A model generated the notes under the pieces. It searched no databases. It had not been told where the DNA came from and saw only the letters and a list, made by a program, of their open reading frames with translations. Position numbers and translations under genes: made by a program. Of a DNA stretch of 64,000 nt, positions 1 through 11,212 are shown one piece after another (position 1 is the stretch's first letter; each line of letters opens with the position of its first letter). This DNA is from Ktedonobacteria bacterium (GTDB lineage Bacteria; Chloroflexota; Ktedonobacteria; Ktedonobacterales; JACDGC01), in assembly GCA_027459785.1 (NCBI GenBank), contig DAIDGU010000057.1:34150-98149 (forward strand), given 5' to 3'.

Positions 1-676
1 GCGGCGACGCCATGAACTCGCCGACATTCGCCGCCGTGACGCTGCCACCGTAGAGGATGCGCAGCGCGTCGGCGACCGGCTGACCATACAGTTCGCTGAC
101 CAGCGCGCGGATGAGGGCGATCACGTCTTCGGCGTCCTGGCGGGTGGCAGCGCGGCCCGTGCCGATGGCCCACACCGGCTCATAGGCGACGACGACGCGC
201 CCGATCTGCTCGGCGGGCAGGCCGCCCAGGCTACCGCGCACCTGCGTGGTGATGACGCGCTCCGTCAGATTCGCCTCGCGGTCTGCCAGGTGTTCGCCGA
301 CGCAGACAATGGGCGTCAGATCAGCGTCCAGCGCCACGCGCGTCTTCGTGTTCACCGTCGCGTCCGTCTCGCCATAATAGTGGCGGCGCTCGGAATGGCC
401 GACGATCACCCAGCGGCACAGTTCGGCGATCATGCTGGCCGCGACCTCGCCGGTATACGCGCCGCCGAGTTGATCGCTGAGATTCTGTGCGCCCAGGCCG
501 ATATGCGTACCATAGAGGACGTTGTAGACCGTGGGGATGGCGATGAAGGGCGGGAACAGCACGACTTCGGCACCGGTGACGGCATTCAGCGGATCGCGCA
601 CGATGCCCGCGAATTGTTGTGCCTGGCGCGGGCCAAAGTTCATCTTCCAGTTGCCGGCGGCGATGGGGGTGCGCAT
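1..676 (-). CDS. tpiA: Triosephosphate isomerase (3' end runs off the window)
   Basis: Manual translation MRTPIAAGNWKMN...GHSERR...AYEPVWAIGTG...YGGSV; follows pgk. Confidence 0.97.
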   Translation of the reverse strand, partial: MRTPIAAGNWKMNFGPRQAQQFAGIVRDPLNAVTGAEVVLFPPFIAIPTVYNVLYGTHIGLGAQNLSDQLGGAYTGEVAASMIAELCRWVIVGHSERRHYYGETDATVNTKTRVALDADLTPIVCVGEHLADREANLTERVITTQVRGSLGGLPAEQIGRVVVAYEPVWAIGTGRAATRQDAEDVIALIRALVSELYGQPVADALRILYGGSVTAANVGEFMASP

Positions 677-681
677 GGTGG

Positions 682-1893
682 TCACGCTCCTTTGTCGCGG
701 AGGGCCGCGACGCCTGGGAGGATCTTGCCTTCGAGGAACTCCAGCGACGCGCCGCCGCCGGTGGAAACGTGCGTGACCTTATCCGCCGCGCCGGCCTTTT
801 CGACCGCCGCCGCGCTGTCGCCGCCACCGATGATCACCGTCGCGCCGGCCTGGGTGCGCTGGACGAGCGCCGCGATGACGGAATCCGTCCCTTTGGCGAA
901 GGCCGGCACCTCGGCGACGCCCATCGTGCCGTTGAAAACGACCGTCTGCGCGCCAGCCAGCACAGCGGCGAAGGCGCTGATCGTCTGGGGGCCAATATCC
1001 AGGATGCGCCAGCCATCCGGCACTTGATCGACCGGCACGACCTGGGTATGGACAATGGTCTGCGCATCTTTGGGAAAGGCATCAGCGATGACGGCGTCTA
1101 CCGGCAGCACGAAGCGCACGCCGCGCTGCTGCGCCAGATCCTTGATGCGCCGCGCCTCAGCCAACTTGCCGTCTTCCACCAGCGAATCGCCGACGCGCAG
1201 CCCTTCGGCCTTGAAGAACGTGTTCGCCATGCCCCCGCCGATGAGGATCGCATCGGCCAGGGTGATCAGCCGTTCCAGCACCGCGATCTTATCCGACACT
1301 TTCGCGCCGCCGACGATGGCGACGAGCGGACGCTGGGGCTGTTCGAGCGCCGATCCCAAGAAGTTAAGTTCCTTTTCCATCAGGAAGCCGCTATAAGCCG
1401 GCAGCAGATGCGCCACGCCCTCGGTGGAAGCGTGCGCGCGATGCGCCGTGCCGAAAGCATCATTCACATAGATGTCTCCCAGTTTGGCTAACTGCGCGGC
1501 GAACGCCGGATCATTCTTTTCCTCTTCGGGGTGGAAGCGCACGTTTTCCAGCAGCAACACCTGGCCGGGGCGCAGCGCGTGTGCCAGCCGCTCCACCTCA
1601 GTCCCCACGCAGTCCGGTGCCAGCGGCACAGGTTGGCCCAGCAACTCGCTCAGTCGCGCCGCCACGGGGCGCAACGACTCCTTGGGGTCCGGTCCCTTGG
1701 GTCGCCCCAGGTGCGACATCAGCACCAGCGCCGCGCCGTGGTCCAGTATGTAGCGAATGGTCGGCAGCGCCGCGCGTATACGCATATCATCGGTGATCCG
1801 CCCGTCGCCGTCCAGCGGGACGTTGAAGTCCGCGCGCATCAGCACGCGCTGGCCCGCCAGATCGACATCGCGGATCGTCGCTTTCTCCATCAT
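682..1893 (-). CDS. pgk: Phosphoglycerate kinase
   Basis: [45 protein letters not shown] motifs; start set at MMEKAT after AAGGCTGAGG. Confidence 0.97.
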   Translation of the reverse strand: MMEKATIRDVDLAGQRVLMRADFNVPLDGDGRITDDMRIRAALPTIRYILDHGAALVLMSHLGRPKGPDPKESLRPVAARLSELLGQPVPLAPDCVGTEVERLAHALRPGQVLLLENVRFHPEEEKNDPAFAAQLAKLGDIYVNDAFGTAHRAHASTEGVAHLLPAYSGFLMEKELNFLGSALEQPQRPLVAIVGGAKVSDKIAVLERLITLADAILIGGGMANTFFKAEGLRVGDSLVEDGKLAEARRIKDLAQQRGVRFVLPVDAVIADAFPKDAQTIVHTQVVPVDQVPDGWRILDIGPQTISAFAAVLAGAQTVVFNGTMGVAEVPAFAKGTDSVIAALVQRTQAGATVIIGGGDSAAAVEKAGAADKVTHVSTGGGASLEFLEGKILPGVAALRDKGA

Positions 1894-1928
1894 CCTCAGC
1901 CTTTCTTTGCTATGGGATGCATCAAACG

Positions 1929-2053
1929 ACGAATCACGGAGGCCACAGAAACTTTGCACGGAAGGCACGGAAAACAGTTGAGGTGGTTAGCAAGCATGAT
2001 CCTCTATCTTCCGTGGTATTCCGTGGACCTCCTCCGTGTTCTCCGTGATTCGT
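1929..2053. repeat. MITE-like palindromic element of CACGGA/TCCGTG units between gap and pgk
   Basis: 13-bp terminal inverted repeat ACGAATCACGGAG (1929-1941) / CTCCGTGATTCGT (2041-2053) with internal CACGGA and TCCGTG units. Confidence 0.75.
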
Positions 2054-2057
2054 GTCT

Positions 2058-3128
<1,071 letters not shown>

Positions 3129-3476
3129 TCACTCAGGTTGTGTACGTCGTTGTACATGAGAACAGCGATGCTCTCGGTGGCACAACTCGTAGCGTTGCGC
3201 CGGGCTTGACCATAGCTGACTGCTACAGTATATCAGGTTCCACGTGGTGATGGACAATGCCGGAATCGGACGGCGCGGGCCGAAATATCCGGCGATTCCG
3301 GGCGCGGCGGTGAGCCGTGGCTGGTGGGCATGCAACGATATCCTCGGCAACAGGAGGGCGAGGACAAGTGTGAGCGAGCAAACACACGCGCGCGACACCC
3401 TGATCCTATAATAAGATCACTGTGCAGCAACGGCAGCGCGGCGGACGCGATGAATGACAGCGAAGGGGAAAAGGCA

Positions 3477-4262
3477 GTGAATCTGACGGCGTTGACCGAA
3501 GCGGTGCTGACCCAACGACGTGAGCGCATGAACGATTCCGGCCCGTCGCTGCGCGGTATCGGGACGGCGCATTTTCAGATCAACGGTGGCACGCTCATTG
3601 TGGGTAGCGCGCAACCACGCGCGAACAAGGCGGAAGAGCTGGTCGAGCGCGTCAACCGCTTCGCGCGGGAACGCTGGCTGGCCGTGCAATGGACCTTCAC
3701 CCACGGGCGCGACGACCTGCAACTTGAGGCCGCGCTCATCCAGCACCAATACTTCGCCCGCGAGACGCTGCGGCTGATGGGCCGCCTCGGCGCACTCATT
3801 GAGGCCGGCCAGCCCGCGCCGGAGATCACCGTCGCGCCCGTCGCCACGTTGCAAGAGATGCAGACCTATGAGCGCATCAGCAGTTGGAGCTTCAACCATC
3901 AGCAGAATCCCACGCTGGACCACGTGTTGGGACGCGGGCGCGAACGCTGGGACGAGCAGCAGGCGCGTTGGTATCAATATTATCTGGGTCGCTGGCGCGG
4001 CGATCCGGTGAGCGGCGCATACGTTTCGCTGTGGGAGCGCGTGCCGACAATCTATGGTGTCGCTACCATCCCCACCGCCCGCCAACACGGCGTCGCCGGC
4101 CATGTGCTGCGCTATCTGGTGCGCGAGACGCTGGCGCTGGGCTTCGCCTGGTCGTGCCTATACGTCGCCCTCGGCAACCCAGCAGAACGCCTTTACCAAA
4201 GCTTGGGCTTCACCGCCCTCCTCGACCAAACGACCTATCAGTGGGGCGATCCGCGCTGGTAA
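3477..4262 (+). CDS. GNAT-family N-acetyltransferase
   Basis: C-terminal VATIPTARQHGVAG and AERLYQSLGF motifs; start uncertain (GTG 3477 or ATG 3450). Confidence 0.75.
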   Translation: MNLTALTEAVLTQRRERMNDSGPSLRGIGTAHFQINGGTLIVGSAQPRANKAEELVERVNRFARERWLAVQWTFTHGRDDLQLEAALIQHQYFARETLRLMGRLGALIEAGQPAPEITVAPVATLQEMQTYERISSWSFNHQQNPTLDHVLGRGRERWDEQQARWYQYYLGRWRGDPVSGAYVSLWERVPTIYGVATIPTARQHGVAGHVLRYLVRETLALGFAWSCLYVALGNPAERLYQSLGFTALLDQTTYQWGDPRW

Positions 4263-4321
4263 GACTTATGCGGGGAACTGGTTATGCCACTGCCAGAATG
4301 GCAACAGAAAGAGGGATCGCC

Positions 4322-4729
4322 ATGTCAACCGTCTCACAACCACTGGACATCAGCGTCACACTGCCGCTCGCCTTCGATGCCGCGCTTCAGCGCGTTACCA
4401 CCGCCTTGCAAGCGGAAGGATTCGGCGTCTTAACCACAATCGACGTGCAAGCCACCCTCAAAGCCAAGCTGAACGAAGACGTTGCCCCTTACACGATTCT
4501 GGGTGCCTGCAATCCCAAGTTGGCGCACGAAGCCTTGCTTATCGATCCCCAGGTAGGATTGCTCTTGCCCTGCAATGTCGTCGTCCAGGCCACCGCCGAC
4601 GGTACCCGCGTTGCCGCCATCGATCCCGTGGTGATGTTAGGTGCCGCCCAACAGCCGGCACTCGCAGCGATTGCCCGTGAAGCCCAAGCGCGCATGCAGC
4701 GGGTCATCGCCGCGCTGCGGACCGCCTGA
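4322..4729 (+). CDS. DUF302 domain protein
   Basis: EGFGVLTTIDV, YTILGACNP, GLLLPCNVVV signature. Confidence 0.85.
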   Translation: MSTVSQPLDISVTLPLAFDAALQRVTTALQAEGFGVLTTIDVQATLKAKLNEDVAPYTILGACNPKLAHEALLIDPQVGLLLPCNVVVQATADGTRVAAIDPVVMLGAAQQPALAAIAREAQARMQRVIAALRTA

Positions 4730-4732
4730 TGT

Positions 4733-5251
4733 TCATTCGACCGCCGTCACGCGCTCGATGCCGGGAATGACATCCAGCGTCACTTGCTGGCCGGCATGGC
4801 AAACCTGCTCGTGCAGGGCGGCGTCGATGGCGAAGGGGCGCAGCGTCCCATTCGGCAGCCGCAAGGTGATGAAGTGGTAGGGATCGCGCGCGACCGGCAC
4901 GATTTCCTGGGGATTGCAGATCGCGGCGTCGATGCGCCCGGACACGCGCTCCGGCGGCTGGTGCGTCGCTTTGAGATACGCGGGCAGGTACGACCACACC
5001 ACGCTCACAAAGAACATAAAAGTCAGCAGAAACACTAAGCCCAGGAAAAAAGCCGTCGAACCCTGGCCGTGCAGCGCGCCTTGCGGCCCATTCAGCAGCG
5101 CGTCGAGGGCGGCAACCACCAGCGCGGTGATGCCGAACATGCTCCCCAGGCGCAAACGCTGCACGGTATAGTCCAGCGGGCGACCCCAGCCCCGAATATT
5201 GCGTCGCACGAGACTACTGATGATCCGGCGGCGCATTGAGTCAGCATACAT
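4733..5251 (-). CDS. Hypothetical membrane protein (2 TM)
   Basis: 172-aa ORF with two hydrophobic segments, RBS-like AGGGGA, co-oriented with upstream gene. Confidence 0.7.
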   Translation of the reverse strand: MYADSMRRRIISSLVRRNIRGWGRPLDYTVQRLRLGSMFGITALVVAALDALLNGPQGALHGQGSTAFFLGLVFLLTFMFFVSVVWSYLPAYLKATHQPPERVSGRIDAAICNPQEIVPVARDPYHFITLRLPNGTLRPFAIDAALHEQVCHAGQQVTLDVIPGIERVTAVE

Positions 5252-5267
5252 ACAGCATCATCCCCTA

Positions 5268-5283
5268 TGTTCCACGTGGAACA
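5268..5283. promoter_or_regulatory. parS site (perfect palindrome TGTTCCACGTGGAACA)
   Basis: 16/16 match to the bacterial parS consensus TGTTNCACGTGNAACA. Confidence 0.9.
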
Positions 5284-6249
5284 TTATTGTTGTGCCATCT
5301 GTTCCGCTGATGTGGCCCGCACAGCGGCATACAGATCGTGCGCGGCATGCGCCTCGGCCTCGCGCAACGGCAAGAGCGGCGGACGCGGCTCGCCGCCATA
5401 GCCACGGACCTCGCGCAATGCCGCCTTCAGTCCCGCAACCCCATACGTTGCCGTCACGAACTGGTTCAGCGGAATGATCTGTGCTTGCAGCCGTTGCGCC
5501 GCCACCTCGTGTGCCTGGGCCGCGGCCACTGTCGCCGCGCTGAAACGCCGTTGCCATAGATCATACACGCCGCACGTGAGATCGGGTATGACATTCGCCA
5601 CAGCCGCGATCGCGCCCGTCCCCCCGACGCTGAGCGCCGGCACCAGAAAGCTCCCGCTGCCGGCCAGCACAGCGAAGCCGGGCGGCGTCTCCGCCGCGAT
5701 GCGCGCCATTTTCGCCACCTGGCCACTGCTATCCTTCACGCCGATGATATTGGGGTGCCGCGCCAATTCGATGATCAGTTCCGCGCTCAGATCCAGGTTC
5801 GCGGCGTTGGCCGGCATGTTGTAGATCAGCAGCGGCAGCGGACTGGCGTCGGCAACAGCCAGGAAGTGGGTGCGGAGCGCCGCCGGTGACATCTGCGTGG
5901 GAAACGCGAAGGGCGGCAGCACCACAGCGGCATCCGCGCCCGCCTCGGCGGCGGCCCGACAGCGCGCGATGGTTCCCCGCGTGGCGAAATCCGCCGTCCC
6001 CGCCAGCAACACGCGCCGCGCCGGACCCTGGTTTGTGCCGATAGCTTCCCGCACGGTGCGGATGACGGCCACGCGCTCCACATCGTTCAGATGCATGGCC
6101 TCGCCATTCGACCCCAGCGCCAAAATGCCGGCCAGCGGAAACTCCAACAGCCAGGTAACATGGCGCGTCAGTGTCGGCAGATCCACTTCACCCTGGTCAT
6201 CGAAAAACGTCGGGATGGGGGGAAAGATGCCCCCCGGCAGCGATGTCAT
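5284..6249 (-). CDS. Dihydrodipicolinate synthase (DapA/HOGA-like) family aldolase
   Basis: LGSNGE, LIYNMP, IIGVKDSSG Schiff-base lysine motif. Confidence 0.9.
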   Translation of the reverse strand: MTSLPGGIFPPIPTFFDDQGEVDLPTLTRHVTWLLEFPLAGILALGSNGEAMHLNDVERVAVIRTVREAIGTNQGPARRVLLAGTADFATRGTIARCRAAAEAGADAAVVLPPFAFPTQMSPAALRTHFLAVADASPLPLLIYNMPANAANLDLSAELIIELARHPNIIGVKDSSGQVAKMARIAAETPPGFAVLAGSGSFLVPALSVGGTGAIAAVANVIPDLTCGVYDLWQRRFSAATVAAAQAHEVAAQRLQAQIIPLNQFVTATYGVAGLKAALREVRGYGGEPRPPLLPLREAEAHAAHDLYAAVRATSAEQMAQQ

Positions 6250-6267
6250 CAGCGATTATCCTTTCTT

Positions 6268-6394
6268 GGCCCCACCCCCAACCCCTCCCCATCTGCGGAT
6301 GGAGAGGGGAGGACGAGATGGCCCCACCCCCAGCCCCTCCCCATCGGCGGATGGAGAGGGGAGCGCAGACGTGGGGCGGACATTCCTGTCCGCC
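6268..6394. repeat. REP cluster: two copies of CCCCACCCCCA.CCCCTCCCCATC.GCGGATGGAGAGGGG plus GTGGGGCGGACATTCCTGTCCGCC
   Basis: Direct copies at 6268-6310 and 6320-6362; related copies at 23771-23812, 50612-50641, 53837-53874. Confidence 0.8.
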
Positions 6395-6416
6395 GCCTTC
6401 TGCGCGCTACGACCAT

Positions 6417-7454
6417 TTACGCATGATTAGCGGCGCGACGGAGCGCGCGGATGCGCCGGCGCAACCGGCGCGCGTCCGCCGGCGCGAGCGCCTGGCGCTG
6501 GTCCAGCGCGGCATAGATGCGTGCCAGTCCATCGGCGGCCTCTGCCATGGCAGCGGACCGCTCCGGCGCTGGTTTTTGCAGGCCGTGCGCGGCGATCTCG
6601 TCTCCGATCAGATCATGCCGGAGCGCATCCAGATCGGCGATGCGCGTCAGGTCGGTATGCGCGAGATCGGCCTGCGCCCAGCGTGCGCCAGCCAGATAGG
6701 CACCCGCCAGTTGGGCATCCGCGAGGCGTGCGCCACGCAGGTCCGCGCCTTCCAGGTGGGCGGCATAGAGCGCGGCACCGTCGAGCCAGGCTCCGCGTAG
6801 GCTGGCCTGCCGCAGATCGGCGCTATCGCATTGCGCGCGTTCCAGATGCGCGCCGCGCAGATCGGCCCCGGCCAGGTGCGCCGCGCGCAGATCGGCATCT
6901 TCCAGCCGCGCCCAGGTGAGGCGCGTGCCAACCAATGACGCTTCATGCAGGTCGGCATGTTCCATTTGCGCCGAGGTGAGGTCGGCACCATCAAGCCGCG
7001 CGCCGGTGAGATCAGCTTGCGGCAGCCAACACTGCCCCAGGTTCACCTGATCGAGGTGCGCCCCATTCAGCCGCGCCCCGCGCATACGCGCCATCGCCAG
7101 GTGCGCGCCCGCCGCCTGAACCTCACGCAAATCGGCATCCGTGAAGTGGGCATAGAACAAATCGGCACCATGCAAGTCGGCACCGTACAGCACCGCGCCC
7201 TCGAAGCGCGCGAACCGCATCTGCTGGCCGGCGAGGTCGATATGCGCCAGGTTCGCCCGTTGCAGATCCACGCGCGGGCCGGGAGCGTCGCCCGTCGCCC
7301 AGCCATGCTCCTGCACCAGCCAGGCGACATCGTCGGCAGCCAGCCGCGTCCAGGCATACGGCGGGCGTTCCGCCGCCTCGTTCGCCGCGCGAGCGGCGCG
7401 CAATTCCTGCTGGCGCTCCAAGGAAAGGGTGGTGGGCGGGGCGTCGGCGTTCAT
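6417..7454 (-). CDS. Pentapeptide repeat protein
   Basis: Many tandem A(D/N/H)LxG/A pentapeptides. Confidence 0.9.
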   Translation of the reverse strand: MNADAPPTTLSLERQQELRAARAANEAAERPPYAWTRLAADDVAWLVQEHGWATGDAPGPRVDLQRANLAHIDLAGQQMRFARFEGAVLYGADLHGADLFYAHFTDADLREVQAAGAHLAMARMRGARLNGAHLDQVNLGQCWLPQADLTGARLDGADLTSAQMEHADLHEASLVGTRLTWARLEDADLRAAHLAGADLRGAHLERAQCDSADLRQASLRGAWLDGAALYAAHLEGADLRGARLADAQLAGAYLAGARWAQADLAHTDLTRIADLDALRHDLIGDEIAAHGLQKPAPERSAAMAEAADGLARIYAALDQRQALAPADARRLRRRIRALRRAANHA

Positions 7455-7849
7455 GATATTTCCTTCAGGTGCAGTTGCACACGCTCTCTATCCTAGCGTA
7501 TGTCTGCCCTGTTGGCAAGATGTCCCCTGCCCACCTCCGTTGCCCCGCGATCACGCTCATCACCAACAATACATAGCCCAATGGTCCCCCATATTGTGAG
7601 CAGCTTCGCGCGATTGAGCGGTTGTTCCATTGACTGTAGTAAGCAAACATAGTAGCGCAAAAATCCTAGGCCCAGAGCGGCCTCGCAGGGATTTTTGTGC
7701 TTGATTTGTAGCTTTTTTAGGCGTAGCCTGGGTTTGTGAGAAGCATGCATGACGAGCATAGGCGTATGCTATACTCGCAATAGAAAAGGGACAACGGAGA
7801 TCCCCTCTAGCGCCTCGTGCGCTAACCAGTTCACACCAAGGAGACTGAC

Positions 7850-8143
7850 ATGGCTTCTGTGACCAAGAACGACCTGATCAAGCGCGTCGTTGCCAAAACA
7901 GGCAAGACGAACAAAGACGTGACCGAGATCATGACCTCCACGCTCGACGCCATCCGTGAGTGCCTGGAAGCCGGTGAAGAGGTCCGCCTGATCAACTTCG
8001 GTGTCTTTTCCGTGAAAAAGAGCGCCGCCCGTCCCGGCGTCAATCCCAAAACGCGCGAGAAGATGGAAGTGCCAGAGAAAATGCGCGTGAAGTTTGCCCC
8101 TGGCAAAGAACTGAACGATGCCGTGGCGAACGTCGAAGGCTGA
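7850..8143 (+). CDS. hup: HU family DNA-binding protein
   Basis: TKNDLI, VRLINFGVF, ARPGVNPKT, VKFAPGKELND; AAGGAG RBS. Confidence 0.93.
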   Translation: MASVTKNDLIKRVVAKTGKTNKDVTEIMTSTLDAIRECLEAGEEVRLINFGVFSVKKSAARPGVNPKTREKMEVPEKMRVKFAPGKELNDAVANVEG

Positions 8144-8210
8144 TGCTACCATCCAATTCAGCGTTGCGGCCCGTCTCACACCTGGCGTGCGGGGCGGGCT
8201 GTATGTCAAC

Positions 8211-8627
8211 TCAATCGTGATTGCCCAGGTGCTTGCGCACGACATGCAGCAGGATCGTCAAGTTCACCGGCTTGCGCAGCAACACGCCCTCTTCGATGCC
8301 GCTGTCGTGCAGTTCATAGGCCGTCGCGCCGGAAATGAAGATGACGGGCAGGTGCATCGTCTCCGCTTTTTCACGCAAACGATGAAAGATGGCGCTGCCA
8401 TCCGTGCCAGGCATCCGCAGATCTAGCAGCACGAGATCCGGCGGGAAGGCTTCGATGGTTTGTAGGGCGATGGTCCCATCCGTGATGATGCGCACGCGCC
8501 ATGAAGGTTCGCCTTCTAACTCAAGGGCTTCGCGGATCATCACCGCTGAAGGCAGATCGTCCTCGATGATATAAATGACCTTGGTGGCAGTTCTGGTACC
8601 GATCATAGGGAAGACCCTCCTCGGCAT
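8211..8627 (-). CDS. Single-domain response regulator
   Basis: IIEDD, LVLLDLRMPG, ISG, RKP receiver motifs; start may be 8606. Confidence 0.85.
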   Translation of the reverse strand: MPRRVFPMIGTRTATKVIYIIEDDLPSAVMIREALELEGEPSWRVRIITDGTIALQTIEAFPPDLVLLDLRMPGTDGSAIFHRLREKAETMHLPVIFISGATAYELHDSGIEEGVLLRKPVNLTILLHVVRKHLGNHD

Positions 8628-8807
8628 TACCCGGCGCGGGAGGTTGCTCCTGTGGAGCTTGTGCTATCCCTTATTGTAGCAGACCCACTTCGGCCTATTT
8701 CGTCTCTCTAGGTTGTTGCCAGCCATGCGCAGCGGTCATTTTCCTCGTAATTTCTTTCGTCAGCAAGATGCCGAGAAGGCTAGCCATTAAGTACCAATAC
8801 AAGATAG

Positions 8808-8823
8808 TGTTCCACGTGGAACG
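8808..8823. promoter_or_regulatory. parS site (TGTTCCACGTGGAACG)
   Basis: 15/16 match. Confidence 0.85.
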
Positions 8824-8852
8824 TCCCATACACCTTGTATGCGAGCAGGATA

Positions 8853-8938
8853 GGTAACGGAGAACAGACCTTCCCCATAACCCCGGAGGACAGACATTCT
8901 TGTCTGTCTGGCCCCGATGGCCACCGTCTGTCCCCCCA
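8853..8938. repeat. Composite REP (GGAGGACAGACATTCTTGTCTGTC family), homologous to 61829-62007
   Basis: Shared GGTAACGGAG...CCCCATAAC...GGAGGA...CCACCGTCTGTCCCC layout. Confidence 0.75.
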
Positions 8939-8950
8939 TTCAATATTAGC

Positions 8951-9685
8951 TCAATCGTTGGAGAAGATCTCCAGATTCGAGCCGTGGAAGAAGCGTCCGG
9001 CATCACTGACCAGGAAGGCGACGATCGCGGCCATATCGTCCGGCGTCATGCCGGGGCGCAGGTGCGGTGCGGCGGCGCGTAGCATCGGGGTAGCGACCGC
9101 GCCGGGGCTGACGGCCAGCACGCGGATGCCCAGTGGTTTGCCTTCCACCGCCAGCGCCTCCGTCAAACCAGCCACGCCGAACTTCGAGGCGACATACGCG
9201 CTCAGGCCGGGGAACTTCTCCACGTTCTTCACGCCGGAAAGCGACGAGAAATTGATGATCGTGCCGCCACCATGCGCGGCCATCTGGCGAAACGCCACCT
9301 GGCAACACAGCATCAGCCCACGCAGATTCGTGTTCAGCACGCGATCCCATTCTGCCAGCGGCAGGTCGATGAAAGGGACGTTGACGACGAGGCCGGCAGC
9401 GTTAATCAGGATGGCGCATGGGCCATACGTCGCCGCAACCTGATCGAACACACCCTGCACCTGGGCGGGATCGCTGATATCCGCCGGCAGCGCCAGAGCG
9501 TCGCCACCCGCCGCGTGGATCGCGCCCGCCTCGCGCGCCAGCAGATCTGCCGAGCGCGCCACCAGCGCGACCCGCGCGCCCGCCCCCGCCAGCCGTCGTG
9601 CCACCGCCGCGCCGATGCCCTGGCTCGCGCCCGTCACGATGGCGACACGCCCCACAAGCGCGTGATCTTCTGCTGCCTGGCTCAT
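8951..9685 (-). CDS. SDR family oxidoreductase
   Basis: TGASQGIG, INAAG, YVASK motifs. Confidence 0.92.
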   Translation of the reverse strand: MSQAAEDHALVGRVAIVTGASQGIGAAVARRLAGAGARVALVARSADLLAREAGAIHAAGGDALALPADISDPAQVQGVFDQVAATYGPCAILINAAGLVVNVPFIDLPLAEWDRVLNTNLRGLMLCCQVAFRQMAAHGGGTIINFSSLSGVKNVEKFPGLSAYVASKFGVAGLTEALAVEGKPLGIRVLAVSPGAVATPMLRAAAPHLRPGMTPDDMAAIVAFLVSDAGRFFHGSNLEIFSND

Positions 9686-11106
9686 TCCGCCACCGCTTCC
9701 CAGCCTGGCACGGGGACGATTCCCACGGACAGGCGCACATGGTCATCGTCGTAGCCGAAGGCTGATCCCGGCACACCGGCGATCCCCGTTTGGGCAAAGA
9801 GCGACAAAATACTTTCCCCCGGTGCCAGCCGCGCCCAAACGTAAACCGTGCCGTCATCCTGGGCGTGCGTCTGCGCGAAAAGCGACGTTTGGCGGTTGAG
9901 CGCGTCAAGCTGGCGGATCAGCGCACGCCGGCGCAAGCGATAGAGCGCGCGCAGTTTGGCGCGCAGTTCAGGATGGTCGCGCACCAATTCGTAAAAGGCC
10001 ATAAAGCGCAATTGCCATTCTGCCGGCAACGCTGCCAGCGTGTTCATCCATGCCACGGGCAATCGCTGGGCCAAAGCAGGATCACCGACGGCGACCCAAC
10101 CGAAACGGCTGCCGGTCATCGAAAGGATCTTCGAGAAGCTCCAAAAGGTCATGATTTGCGCCGGATGCGCGTAGTCCGCCAGCGCCTGCACGCGCGCCTG
10201 CTCCACCGCTGGATCGCCGGTGCCGACATACGCCATGTCGGCCAGCAACAGCACGTCCGGGTGGTCCGCCAACACGGCCAGCAACGCGCGCAACTCGTCC
10301 GGCGTGTAGGCGCACGCGGTGGGATTATTGCTGAGCGTGAGGTAGAGCGCCCGCACATCGGGATGCTCGGCCAACGTGGCGGCGAGCTGCGCCGGCGACA
10401 GACGATAGCCGGCCTCCGGCGTGGTGCGCACCGGCACGACCTCCATTCCGATGCTCTGGGCCTGCCACACCATCACGGCATAGCCGGGCGTGGGAAAGAG
10501 CATCCCAGGCCGCACCACATCATGCCATGCGGTCATGCGCAGGCCACGCAAGGTTTTATCGAGCGCATCCAGCGAGCCGATGGCAAGGAGGATCTGGGCG
10601 GGTGGCACCGCCAGCCCCCACTGCGCCACATCCGCGCTGAGCCATGCGCGCAAAACGGGATTGCCCACGCCGCCCAGATCGTACATCTGGAGATCGCTGC
10701 CACGCGCCAGCAGATCTCGTTCGAGCGCCGCCATGCGCTGCCGCAATTCTTGGTAGCGCGCTCCCGTGGCGCGCTGGCCGGCGATCAACTCACCTGGCAG
10801 CGCCACGCCCAGTTCGTCCGCCAAGGTGCGATAATCATACTGGCTATCCTGTTCGACGATACGGCGCAGATCGATATCGCCGATGGTGCGGTTGACGATC
10901 TCCGCGCTGATGAGGTCATCAGGAAAGCCACGCGCGCGACATTCCGCCGTCAAGCCGGTGACGATGCGACTGAGCATCTGAATCGGCTCCCGACTGGCGC
11001 GCAAGGCATCGCCCGCCTGGGCCAGGGCGTCTTGGCGCAGCGCCGCAATCGCCGCCCGCTGGTCCGCTTGCTCTGTAAGTGGCATGAAACCGTCTCCTTT
11101 GCTCAT
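9682..11106 (-). CDS. PLP-dependent aminotransferase class I/II
   Basis: NNPT, DMAY, SFSKILSMTGSRFGW; ATGA overlap with the SDR gene. Confidence 0.88.
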   Translation of the reverse strand: MSKGDGFMPLTEQADQRAAIAALRQDALAQAGDALRASREPIQMLSRIVTGLTAECRARGFPDDLISAEIVNRTIGDIDLRRIVEQDSQYDYRTLADELGVALPGELIAGQRATGARYQELRQRMAALERDLLARGSDLQMYDLGGVGNPVLRAWLSADVAQWGLAVPPAQILLAIGSLDALDKTLRGLRMTAWHDVVRPGMLFPTPGYAVMVWQAQSIGMEVVPVRTTPEAGYRLSPAQLAATLAEHPDVRALYLTLSNNPTACAYTPDELRALLAVLADHPDVLLLADMAYVGTGDPAVEQARVQALADYAHPAQIMTFWSFSKILSMTGSRFGWVAVGDPALAQRLPVAWMNTLAALPAEWQLRFMAFYELVRDHPELRAKLRALYRLRRRALIRQLDALNRQTSLFAQTHAQDDGTVYVWARLAPGESILSLFAQTGIAGVPGSAFGYDDDHVRLSVGIVPVPGWEAVAE

Positions 11107-11127
11107 TTCACTCTAACACATTGGGAA

Positions 11128-11143
11128 TGTTCCACGTGGAACA
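11128..11143. promoter_or_regulatory. parS site (perfect)
   Basis: TGTTCCACGTGGAACA 16/16 in a divergent intergenic region. Confidence 0.9.
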
Positions 11144-11212
11144 CTTGCAGTCCGTGCCTTCCAGTGGATACCATGAGAGCGTGCATTCACCATGAGGAGA
11201 ATAGAAGATCCG

